A DNA stretch of 33,731 nucleotides from Candidatus Woesearchaeota archaeon (GCA_964632115.1 CAZWEB010000003.1:1-33731); one strand, 5' to 3'; shown: positions 25,211-33,100, counted from the stretch's first letter. Notes: generated by a model from the sequence alone, not told the origin. A program made the numbers and translations.

Positions 25211-26155
25211 ATGAAAGAAAGAGTGTTAATAATAAAAGCAGGCTATACTGAATTTCTTGAAGAAGAAAAAGATTCAAGACAAGTAAGTTTTGGTGATATC
25301 TTAAGAGTTACTCCTCTTTTGCATTTGTATAAAGATGATGATGTAACCTGGATGACAGATGAACAAGCTTTTCCATTACTAGAAGGAAATAAATATATTA
25401 GTCGGCTCATGAGATTTGACTGGATTAGTGCAGGACAATTAAAAAAAGAGAGATTCGACACTCTTATAAACTTGGAGAAAGTTCCAGGTGTCTGTGCAAT
25501 TGCAGATGATATTTATTCTGTGCGAAGATATGGATTTAGATTTGATCCTGAAGCAAGAAAAGCAAAAGCCTATGATAATGCTTTAGATGTTTTAACTGTC
25601 AGTTCTGATCCTAAAATTAAAAAACAAAATACTAAAACCGCCCAAGAACTTTTATTTGGGATGGTTGGAAAAAAATGGCGGGGGGAAGAATATATCTTAA
25701 GTTATCAACCAAAAACCAATGAAATATATGACATAGGGTTTAATACAATAGTTGGAAAAAAATGGCCTATTAAATCCTGGCCCGTTGAAAATTGGAATAA
25801 ATTAGAAAATATGCTTTCAGAAAAAAATTTAAAAATAAGCAGGCAAGAAAAACAATCAAAAGAAATATTAACTAATCTTGATAGTTACATGGATTGGTTA
25901 AATTCCTGCAACCAAATTGTTACTATCGATAGTTTGGGTTTGCATTTAGCATTGGCTTTAAAGAAAAAAGTAATTGGTTTGTTTGGTCCAACACCTTTTA
26001 AAGAGGTTTATTTTTATAACAGGGGAGAAGCAATTTTCCCTGAAAATTTTCCCTGCAAAGATTTGCCATGTTTTCAGAGAACATGTTCGCATGAGGTAAC
26101 TTGTATGGGTGCAATAACACCCGAGAAAGTTTATGAAAAAATTATTAAACAATAG
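25211..26155 (+). CDS. Family 9 glycosyltransferase (heptosyltransferase-like)
   Basis: The N-terminal segment is RVLIIKAG...GDILRVTPLL. The C-terminal segment IVTIDSLGLHLALALKKKVIGLFGPT matches the GT9 pattern xxDSGxxHLAAAxxxPxxxLFGPT. Confidence 0.65.
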   Translation: MKERVLIIKAGYTEFLEEEKDSRQVSFGDILRVTPLLHLYKDDDVTWMTDEQAFPLLEGNKYISRLMRFDWISAGQLKKERFDTLINLEKVPGVCAIADDIYSVRRYGFRFDPEARKAKAYDNALDVLTVSSDPKIKKQNTKTAQELLFGMVGKKWRGEEYILSYQPKTNEIYDIGFNTIVGKKWPIKSWPVENWNKLENMLSEKNLKISRQEKQSKEILTNLDSYMDWLNSCNQIVTIDSLGLHLALALKKKVIGLFGPTPFKEVYFYNRGEAIFPENFPCKDLPCFQRTCSHEVTCMGAITPEKVYEKIIKQ

Positions 26156-26173
26156 TAACACACTACAACAATC

Positions 26174-26181
26174 TTTATAAA
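26174..26181 (+). promoter_or_regulatory. Candidate archaeal TATA box for radical SAM paralogue A
   Basis: The sequence AATCTTTATAAAT is nearly the same 13-mer as the one upstream of the GT9 gene. The box is centred 25.5 nt upstream of ATG 26203. Confidence 0.45.
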
Positions 26182-26202
26182 TTTAAAATATTTTTTTAAA
26201 AA

Positions 26203-27366
26203 ATGGATAAATCTGAAAAAGATAAAATTTCTGTATTACCTACTGGAGACCAAAGATACAGGTTTAACTCTACAAAACTGCCCTGGCACATGGAAAGAGT
26301 AAGAAAAAGATTTGACAAAGGCGAACGAGTAGCACCAATACATATGGATGTTGGAATAACAAAAGCTTGCAATATCGAATGTGTTTTTTGTTTGGGATTT
26401 TATCAAAACATGACTGGAGAAATAATGCCTTATGATGCTACTGTAAATCTATTAAGAGATGCTCCTCAACTTGGAGTCAAATCAATGGGTATTATTGGAG
26501 ATGGTGAGCCCACATTAAATCCTGCTCTTTATGAAGCTATTAAATCTGGAAAAAAAGGAGGATTAGATATTGGGATAGCAACTAATGGTGTAGCTCTTAA
26601 TGAAAGTAAAATAGAAACTCTTGTAAAAAATTGTGTCTGGATAAGATTTAATTTGGGGGCAGTTGAAAGAGGGGCTTATAAAAGAGTTCACGGAAGAGAC
26701 TTTTGGCCAAGAGTTAAAGAAAATATTGAAAAAACTATCTCTACAAATGAAAAAGCAGAAAGACCATGCACCATTGGTTTGCAGATGGTTACAACTCCTC
26801 TAAGTCAAGATCAAATTATTCCTGAAGCAAAATGGGCAGTTGACATAGGCGCAGATTATTTTGAAATCAAACAAATGACTCAAGTTGATGATGCTCGCAT
26901 GATAAGTTTTCCTTTGGATTGGTATAAAAAACAAGATGTAATAGATGCCCTTAAGGAAGCAGAATCTCTCTCAACAGAAAGAACAATAATCATGCCTAAG
27001 TGGACAATGATGCAGTCAGGGGGAAAAAGAAATTATAATCATTGTCTGGATGTTTCACTTTTAATGCAAGTAAGTGGTAATGGGGAGTGCTATCCTTGCG
27101 CATACTTGTTTAATCATCCAGAATATCTGTATGGAGATTTAAAAAAACAATCTCTCGGAGAAATCTTAGAGGGCGATAGATACTGGAGAATTATAGAACA
27201 GATGGAAAAAAATTTTGATGTACATCAAGATTGTGAAGGATGTTGCAGACATGATAGAAATAATGAATTTCTTTATTATTATGTTCATGAAAAAGAGAGA
27301 TTCAAAGAATTCTGGAGATTAAATGTACAAGGTAAACCAACTCCAAGACATTTAAATTTTATTTAA
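26203..27366 (+). CDS. Radical SAM enzyme with C-terminal Cys-rich (SPASM/twitch-like) domain, paralogue A
   Basis: Motifs seen: GITKACNIECVFC (CxxxCxxC) and IGDGEPTLNP. The C-terminal cysteines are CLDV...YPC...DCEGCC. The protein aligns end to end with the 28328 and 30607 products, including the N-terminal KLxWHxxRV and the C-terminal HLNFI. Confidence 0.8.
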   Translation: MDKSEKDKISVLPTGDQRYRFNSTKLPWHMERVRKRFDKGERVAPIHMDVGITKACNIECVFCLGFYQNMTGEIMPYDATVNLLRDAPQLGVKSMGIIGDGEPTLNPALYEAIKSGKKGGLDIGIATNGVALNESKIETLVKNCVWIRFNLGAVERGAYKRVHGRDFWPRVKENIEKTISTNEKAERPCTIGLQMVTTPLSQDQIIPEAKWAVDIGADYFEIKQMTQVDDARMISFPLDWYKKQDVIDALKEAESLSTERTIIMPKWTMMQSGGKRNYNHCLDVSLLMQVSGNGECYPCAYLFNHPEYLYGDLKKQSLGEILEGDRYWRIIEQMEKNFDVHQDCEGCCRHDRNNEFLYYYVHEKERFKEFWRLNVQGKPTPRHLNFI

Positions 27367-27378
27367 TTAGTAATCTGA

Positions 27379-28254
27379 ATGGTAAAAAATATGCTGAAAG
27401 AAAAAATTTTAATTTTAGGATCTAAAGGACTATTAGGAACTGCAATAGAAAAAGTTTGTGAAGAAAGAACAGAAGAATATCTTGGACTTTCGCATAAAGA
27501 TTTGGATATTTCTGATAAAAGCCAATTAGAAAAGAAAATAGATGAATACTCTCCTAGAATAATAATAAATTCTGCTGCAATGATGGGAATCTCTCCATGC
27601 GAAGAAAACCCTCAAAAAGCCTTTGAAATTAATACTGTTTCTGCATTAAATCTTACAAAAATCTGCCAGAAGAGAAGTATCGCTCTTGTCCAGATCAGTA
27701 GTAACTCAATATTTGACGGAAAAAAAGGGGAACTATACTTTGAAGATGATGTTCCAAATCCTCAAAATATCTATGGGCTTTCAAAATATGCAGGAGAGAT
27801 ATGTGTCCAAAATAATTTATCCTCACATTATATAATCCGACTTTCAAAACTATTTGGCTCAAGAAGAAACAAAACTCCTGGTTTTGTAGATAAAATGATA
27901 GATTTAATGAAAGAAGGAAGAGAACTAAAAATTGCTGAGGATAGAATTGACACTTTTACATATTCTATGCATGCTGCAAGAAAAATATTATCCTTGCTTG
28001 AAAGTCATGTTCCTTTTGGGATTTATCATGTAGCAAATAAAGGTAGCACTAGTTATTATGATTTTGTATGCAGATTTGCAGAAAAAATTAGATATACCGG
28101 AAAAATTACAAGAGCAAAAGATAGGGATTTTCCTGCTTCTGCGCCGAATCCATTAAGGGTTGAATTAGGTTCAGAAAAGATTAGCAATATGCCTTCATGG
28201 GAAGAAGCCTTGGAGGAGTATGTTTCTGAAGAAAGAGAAAAACTAGGCTTTTAA
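27379..28254 (+). CDS. NAD(P)-dependent sugar reductase, dTDP-4-dehydrorhamnose reductase (RmlD)-like
   Basis: Motifs seen: ILILGSKGLLG (GxxGxxG) and the SDR catalytic YGLSKYAGE (YxxxK). The length of about 290 aa and the layout are RmlD-like. Confidence 0.7.
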   Translation: MVKNMLKEKILILGSKGLLGTAIEKVCEERTEEYLGLSHKDLDISDKSQLEKKIDEYSPRIIINSAAMMGISPCEENPQKAFEINTVSALNLTKICQKRSIALVQISSNSIFDGKKGELYFEDDVPNPQNIYGLSKYAGEICVQNNLSSHYIIRLSKLFGSRRNKTPGFVDKMIDLMKEGRELKIAEDRIDTFTYSMHAARKILSLLESHVPFGIYHVANKGSTSYYDFVCRFAEKIRYTGKITRAKDRDFPASAPNPLRVELGSEKISNMPSWEEALEEYVSEEREKLGF

Positions 28255-28327
28255 AACTATTATATTTTGGAGACTAATAATACTTTTAAATGAAAATTAC
28301 ATTAGCTAAATGCACAAATAAATAAAA

Positions 28328-29404
28328 ATGGCAGATAAATATTTAATGGATAGTCATAAACTTTTATGGCATCTAAAAAGAGTTAATGATTGGTTAGATT
28401 GTAAAAGAATTGTTCCTATTCATATTGATGTAGGTCTTGCCAAAGGATGCAATATAAAATGTCATTATTGTTTTGGTGTTCTTCAGGGAAACGAATATCT
28501 CAAGGGAAAGAGTAATTATTTTCCAAGAGAAGCGCTTTTAAATTATCTTAAATCTGCAGGGAAAATGGGTGTAAAATCAATGGGTTTTATTGGGGAGGGA
28601 GAACCCACATTAAATCCCGCACTTAATGAAGCAATTATTCAAGGTTCCAAATCAGGCATCGATATTGCGCTGGCGACTAATGGGATTTTATTTAATCCTT
28701 CAAAAGAAGTTCTGGAAAATTTAAAATGGATAAGATATAACATAAGCGCTGCATCTGATAATTCATATCGCAATCTTCATGGAAGTAAAGAGTTTAATAA
28801 AGCGATAAATAGCATAACGCAAAGTGTAGAGATAAAGAAAAAACATAATTTAGAAGTAACTGTTGGTCTCCAGATGGTTTTAACTCCAAAAGATGTTGAT
28901 GAAGCAGTTCCATTGGCAAAACTTGGAAAACAATTCGGGGTAGATTATCTCGTGATAAAACAATGTAGTGATACTTTAGAGAGCAAATTGGGAGTATATG
29001 ATAAACTGGAAGAAAACAGAAGAAAATATAACAAGGTTCTAAAAGAAGCAGAATCCATTAGCTCAGAAAATTATGATGTTATTGTTAAATGGAATAAAAT
29101 TACAGATACTAAGCAAGATTATGGGCGCTGTCTCGGAGTGCCTTTTCTTTTATATTCAAGTGGAGATGGAAAATTATTTCCATGCGGTATGTTTTTTAAT
29201 GAAGAATACTGGGATGCTTTTCTCATGGGGGATTTAACTAAACAATCATTTGGAGAAATAATCAAAAGCAAAAGATATTGGGAAGTTGTAAAAAGAGTTG
29301 AGAATATGGGTACTGCAAAATGTTATACAGGATGCAGAACAAATGCTATTAATTCTTTTTTGTGGAAATTAAAACATAAACCAAAGCATGTGAATTTTAT
29401 ATAA
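28328..29404 (+). CDS. Radical SAM enzyme with C-terminal Cys-rich (SPASM/twitch-like) domain, paralogue B
   Basis: Motifs seen: GLAKGCNIKCHYC, IGEGEPTLNP, C-terminal CLGV...FPC...KCYTGC, tail HVNFI. The stop TAA overlaps the next gene's ATG (TAATG at 29402-29406). Confidence 0.8.
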   Translation: MADKYLMDSHKLLWHLKRVNDWLDCKRIVPIHIDVGLAKGCNIKCHYCFGVLQGNEYLKGKSNYFPREALLNYLKSAGKMGVKSMGFIGEGEPTLNPALNEAIIQGSKSGIDIALATNGILFNPSKEVLENLKWIRYNISAASDNSYRNLHGSKEFNKAINSITQSVEIKKKHNLEVTVGLQMVLTPKDVDEAVPLAKLGKQFGVDYLVIKQCSDTLESKLGVYDKLEENRRKYNKVLKEAESISSENYDVIVKWNKITDTKQDYGRCLGVPFLLYSSGDGKLFPCGMFFNEEYWDAFLMGDLTKQSFGEIIKSKRYWEVVKRVENMGTAKCYTGCRTNAINSFLWKLKHKPKHVNFI

Positions 29405-30132
29405 TGGAAAAATTAGAATCAAAAGCAAAAAAACTTAGAAAAGAGACCATAGATTTTTCAATAAAAGAAGGAGATCCACATCTAGGTGCATGTTTTTCAG
29501 AAATAGAAATATTAATTTCACTATATGATTCTGTTTTAACTTCTAAAGATAAATTTATATTAAGTAAGGGACACGCCTGTCATCCACTTTATATTCTCTT
29601 AAGAGAAAAAGGATATAATCCTAAAATATCAGGGCATCCTGATATTGATGAACCAAATGGAATTTATTGCACAACAGGTAGTTTGGGACATGGTCTTCCA
29701 ATAGGTGTTGGAATGGCTTTTGCAAGAAAAATAAAGCATAAAAATGGGAGAATATACGTGCTAATGGGTGATGGAGAATGTGAAGAGGGGACAACATGGG
29801 AATCTGCTTTAATTGCTTCAAAATATAATCTTGATAATCTTAGAGTTATTGTTGACAACAATAAATTACAGGCACTTGAGAAACTTGTGTTGCCTCTTGA
29901 TAATCTAAAAGAGAAATTTAAAGTTTTTGGATGGGATGTTGATGAGATAGACGGGCATGATTTTAGTAAGATAATTCCTTCTTTGGAAAAAGAATCTTAT
30001 GAGGGTCCTAGGGTAATCATTGCTCATACAATTAAGGGAAAAGGATTAAGCTATATGGAAAATGATCCAAAATGGCATACAAGACCCCTAACACCTGAAG
30101 AATTAGAACAAGCATATGGGGAATTAAAATGA
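29404..30132 (+). CDS. Transketolase-family ThDP enzyme, N-terminal (PP-domain) subunit
   Basis: Motifs seen: SKGHACHPLY and TGSLGHGLPIGVGMA. The ThDP motif is GDGECEEG...(27 aa)...NN. Confidence 0.8.
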   Translation: MEKLESKAKKLRKETIDFSIKEGDPHLGACFSEIEILISLYDSVLTSKDKFILSKGHACHPLYILLREKGYNPKISGHPDIDEPNGIYCTTGSLGHGLPIGVGMAFARKIKHKNGRIYVLMGDGECEEGTTWESALIASKYNLDNLRVIVDNNKLQALEKLVLPLDNLKEKFKVFGWDVDEIDGHDFSKIIPSLEKESYEGPRVIIAHTIKGKGLSYMENDPKWHTRPLTPEELEQAYGELK

Positions 30133-30605
30133 GAAGAGAATTTGGAAAATTAATTGTTGAACTTGCTGAAAAGGACAAGAACATAATGTTAATTGTAGGA
30201 GATTATGGGTATGGGATGCTTGATGAATATAGAAGAAGATTTCCTAGTAGATTTTTTAATATAGGGGTATGTGAACAGAGCATGATTGGTTTGGCATCTG
30301 GGATGGCTTTAGAAGGATTTAAACCCTATGTTTATACAATAACTCCCTTCCTCATAGAGAGGCCTTTTGAACAAATTAAGTTAGATATTGACCAACAAAA
30401 TGTTAATGTAAAACTGATTGGATATGCAGATTATCCTACGCACGGACCAACACATGCCGAATTAGATGCAAAAGGACTAATGAGTTTATTAAAAAATATT
30501 AAAAGTTATTTTCCTAAAAATTCAGAAGAAACTAGAAGGTTTTTATTAGAATCCTATAAATCTGAGTGTCCCACGTTTATCAGCTTAAAAAAGACTCTTT
30601 TATAA
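30129..30605 (+). CDS. Transketolase-family ThDP enzyme, pyrimidine-binding (Pyr) subunit, lacking the usual C-terminal domain
   Basis: Motifs seen: FPSRFFNIGVCEQSMIGLASGMALEG (conserved Glu of the EQ motif) and THGPTHAELDAKGL. The protein ends after 158 aa, at the boundary of the Pyr domain. An ATGA overlap joins it to the upstream subunit. Confidence 0.75.
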   Translation: MRREFGKLIVELAEKDKNIMLIVGDYGYGMLDEYRRRFPSRFFNIGVCEQSMIGLASGMALEGFKPYVYTITPFLIERPFEQIKLDIDQQNVNVKLIGYADYPTHGPTHAELDAKGLMSLLKNIKSYFPKNSEETRRFLLESYKSECPTFISLKKTLL

Positions 30606-30606
30606 A

Positions 30607-31659
30607 ATGAACTTAGAAGTAGACAATCACAAATTAATGTATCACCCTAAAAGAGTTTCTGAATATCTTGAAAAAGGAGATTGTTTTCCAGTTTATATTG
30701 AAATTGGTCCAACAAACAGATGCAATCACAGATGTGCTTTTTGTGCACTTGATTTCCTAGAGCATGGGGGATATGATATTGACCGGGATGTTTTATTAAA
30801 AAATTTAAAAGATATGGCTGAACACGGTGTAAAATCAATAATGTTTGCAGGAGAAGGAGAACCCCTTTTGCATAAAAATATTGCTGAATTTATAAGATAC
30901 TCAAAAAACCAAGGAGTAGATCTATCAATAACTACAAATGGAGTTTTGTTTAATCGTGAAAAAGCAGAAGAAATACTTCAATTTCTATCATGGATAAGGT
31001 TTAGTGTAGATGCTGCAAATAAAAAGACATATGCAAAAATACATGGAACTAAAGAAAGAGATTTTGATAAAGTCATAGAAAATATAAATTATTCCTCACA
31101 ATTAAAAAAACAAAAAAATCTTCAAACAACTATTGGAGTTCAATGTTTAGCTCTTTCAGAAAATATAGAAGAAATAGAAAAATTAGCAGCAATTTGTAAG
31201 AAAATAGGCGCAGATAATCTGCAAGTTAAACCTTATTCCCATCACCCGCTAAGTAAAAACGATTTTTCAGTTTCTTCAGCCAGACTTTCTGAACTGGAAA
31301 ATTCTCTTAAAAAATTTGAAGACGAGAATTTTAAAATATTTTATAGAAAACAAACAATAGAAAGAATTTCTCAGGGAATTAACTATCCTGAATGTTATGG
31401 TCTGCCTTTTTTTGCTTTAATTGATTCAAAAGGAGATGTGATCCCATGCAATCTCTTTTACAATAATCCAGGGTTTACATACGGAAATTTGAATGAAAAA
31501 AAATTTAGTGAAATTTGGACAAGCAACAGAAGAAAACAAGTTATTAAAAAAATAAAAAGAAAAGGAATTTCTGAATGCAGAAGAGGATGCAGGCTAGATG
31601 TAATTAACAGGTACTTGCAAAGGATTAAAAATCCAGATTTACATGATAATTTTATATGA
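30607..31659 (+). CDS. Radical SAM enzyme with C-terminal Cys-rich (SPASM/twitch-like) domain, paralogue C
   Basis: Motifs seen: GPTNRCNHRCAFC, AGEGEPLLH, C-terminal CYGL...IPC...ECRRGC, tail HDNFI. It starts 1 nt after the transketolase stop. Confidence 0.8.
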   Translation: MNLEVDNHKLMYHPKRVSEYLEKGDCFPVYIEIGPTNRCNHRCAFCALDFLEHGGYDIDRDVLLKNLKDMAEHGVKSIMFAGEGEPLLHKNIAEFIRYSKNQGVDLSITTNGVLFNREKAEEILQFLSWIRFSVDAANKKTYAKIHGTKERDFDKVIENINYSSQLKKQKNLQTTIGVQCLALSENIEEIEKLAAICKKIGADNLQVKPYSHHPLSKNDFSVSSARLSELENSLKKFEDENFKIFYRKQTIERISQGINYPECYGLPFFALIDSKGDVIPCNLFYNNPGFTYGNLNEKKFSEIWTSNRRKQVIKKIKRKGISECRRGCRLDVINRYLQRIKNPDLHDNFI

Positions 31660-32072
31660 GCCTAAAAAATAAAAGAGCAGTCAAGGTTTTTTTGATTAAT
31701 TCAAAAAAGGAAATTTTATTGCAGCTAAGAGATAACAAGCCAGGTATATATTACCCCGGATATTGGGGTCTTTTAGGAGGAGCAGTTGAAAATAATGAAT
31801 CTGAATTAGCTGCAGCAAAAAGAGAAATAAAAGAAGAAATTAATTTAGAGATTAAGAATTTAATATTTATAGGGATAACTAAATCTTTAGGAAGAAATAA
31901 GAATAGTGATGTTTATTTTTTTAAATCAAAAATAAATATTCCCTTAAATAAGATTAAATTAAATGAAGGGCAAAAAGTTGAATTTTTTAAGCTAAAGGAC
32001 ATATTGAAATTAAGAACTCCAAATTTTTTAAAAAAGTTTATCTGTGCAAACCAAGATAAAATTCTGAGTTAA
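31656..32072 (+). CDS. Nudix hydrolase
   Basis: The Nudix box is GAVENNESELAAAKREIKEEINL, matching Gx5Ex7REUxEExGU with the last Gly replaced by Asn. An ATGA overlap joins it to the upstream radical SAM gene. Confidence 0.75.
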   Translation: MSLKNKRAVKVFLINSKKEILLQLRDNKPGIYYPGYWGLLGGAVENNESELAAAKREIKEEINLEIKNLIFIGITKSLGRNKNSDVYFFKSKINIPLNKIKLNEGQKVEFFKLKDILKLRTPNFLKKFICANQDKILS

Positions 32073-32108
32073 TCTCTATTTGAAATATATTTTCTTTTGC
32101 CATAATGG

Positions 32109-32116
32109 TTTTAAAC
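32109..32116 (+). promoter_or_regulatory. Candidate archaeal TATA box for the radical SAM gene at 32137
   Basis: The sequence is GGTTTTAAACC. The box is centred 24.5 nt upstream of the ATG. Confidence 0.4.
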
Positions 32117-32136
32117 CTATTTTTAATCTATAAGAT

Positions 32137-33030
32137 ATGGGTGATCAAAAAAAGGTAGTCATTCCAGATACTTACAAGTATATTTCAGCATTTCTTACGA
32201 TGAGATGCAATCTTAATTGTAGTTTTTGTCTTAATTCTCTTGATAAAAACAAGGAGTTTAATAGAAAGAAATTCAGAGAGATATCTGGAAAACAATGGGT
32301 AGAAGCATTAAATAGGGTCCAACCGAGACGAGATATTCCTGTTACTTTAAGCGGTGGAGAACCATTTTTACATAGAGATTTTATTTATATCCTTAATAAT
32401 TTAAAACCAGAACTAAATATAGATATTCTCACAAATTTATCCTATGAAAAAGGCTTGGAAGAATTCATTAAAAGTGTAAAACCAGAAAGAGTGAAAAGAG
32501 ATTCTCCATATGCTTCTATTCGAGTTTCTTACCATCCAGAACAAATGGGGGATGGAAAAAGACTAGTTGAAAATGTAAAAAGATTTAAAGATTCTGGATT
32601 CAGCATTGGAATATGGTCTGTTTTATTCCCAAGCCCACAGCAGCTTTCTGCAATTAATCAAATGCAATTTAGGTGCAGAGATTCTGGAATTGATTTTCGG
32701 CTGAAGGAATTTACAGGAGAATATAAAGGAGAACTATATGGAGATTACTCTAAATATAAGAATTCTGTTTTGCAGGAAAAAACAGAAGAATGCTTATGCA
32801 AAACTTCTGAATTGCTTATAGCACCTAATGGAAATATATATAGGTGCCATAGAGATTTATATGAAGGAGAAAATTCAGTTGGAAGTCTGCTTAGTCCTGA
32901 ATTTGAAATAGAGAATATCTTCAGGCAATGCAATAAATATGGGCAGTGCCATCCCTGTGATGTAAAAGTAAAAACAAACTACAAGCAGCAGTTCGGGCAC
33001 ACCAGCGTGGAAATAAAGAAAATTGAATGA
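32137..33030 (+). CDS. Radical SAM enzyme (small, with C-terminal Cys cluster)
   Basis: Motifs seen: LTMRCNLNCSFC (CxxxCxxC) and LSGGEPFLH. The C-terminal cysteines are ECLC...RCH...QCNKYGQCHPC. Confidence 0.75.
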   Translation: MGDQKKVVIPDTYKYISAFLTMRCNLNCSFCLNSLDKNKEFNRKKFREISGKQWVEALNRVQPRRDIPVTLSGGEPFLHRDFIYILNNLKPELNIDILTNLSYEKGLEEFIKSVKPERVKRDSPYASIRVSYHPEQMGDGKRLVENVKRFKDSGFSIGIWSVLFPSPQQLSAINQMQFRCRDSGIDFRLKEFTGEYKGELYGDYSKYKNSVLQEKTEECLCKTSELLIAPNGNIYRCHRDLYEGENSVGSLLSPEFEIENIFRQCNKYGQCHPCDVKVKTNYKQQFGHTSVEIKKIE

Positions 33031-33062
33031 ACTCTCTGTAATTTATCCAATTTTCAATTAAG

Positions 33063-33100
33063 TTAATAATATAATTAGGTAGAACCTTAATAATATAATT
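33063..33100 (+). repeat. 14-bp direct repeat TTAATAATATAATT x2 (33063-33076 and 33087-33100)
   Basis: Read directly. It lies between the last island gene and the IS hairpins. In DNA this AT-rich it could be chance. Confidence 0.4.

Noticed and set aside
391-29861. About 25 short ORFs (60-133 aa) in the six-frame track lie inside, and mostly antisense to, the long motif-supported genes. Examples are 391-591(-), 1129-1449(-), 2397-2615(+), 4196-4438(-), 5349-5597(+), 5946-6314(-), 9722-9991(-), 13086-13280(+), 18087-18488(-), 21348-21560(+), 22020-22256(+) and 29621-29861(-).
   Set aside because: Each is fully nested in a longer ORF that carries clear family motifs. Their translations are low-complexity (S/L/F/I/K-rich) with no recognisable motif. 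Long antisense ORFs are also expected by chance opposite genes in AT-rich genomes. For 5946-6314(-) versus 5791-6300(+), the plus-strand product has ordered methyltransferase motifs, so it was kept.
32137-33030. A prokaryotic viperin-like antiviral radical SAM, considered because it is a small (~300 aa) rSAM next to a Nudix gene and a mobile element.
   Set aside because: The cluster-binding context (LTMRCNLNCSFCLN) and the C-terminal Cys-rich region do not resemble the viperin N-terminal or C-terminal signatures I know. There is no nucleotide kinase partner. The gene sits at the end of a sugar-modification cassette. No other defence-type genes (nucleases, ATPases, TIR, Cas) are in the window.
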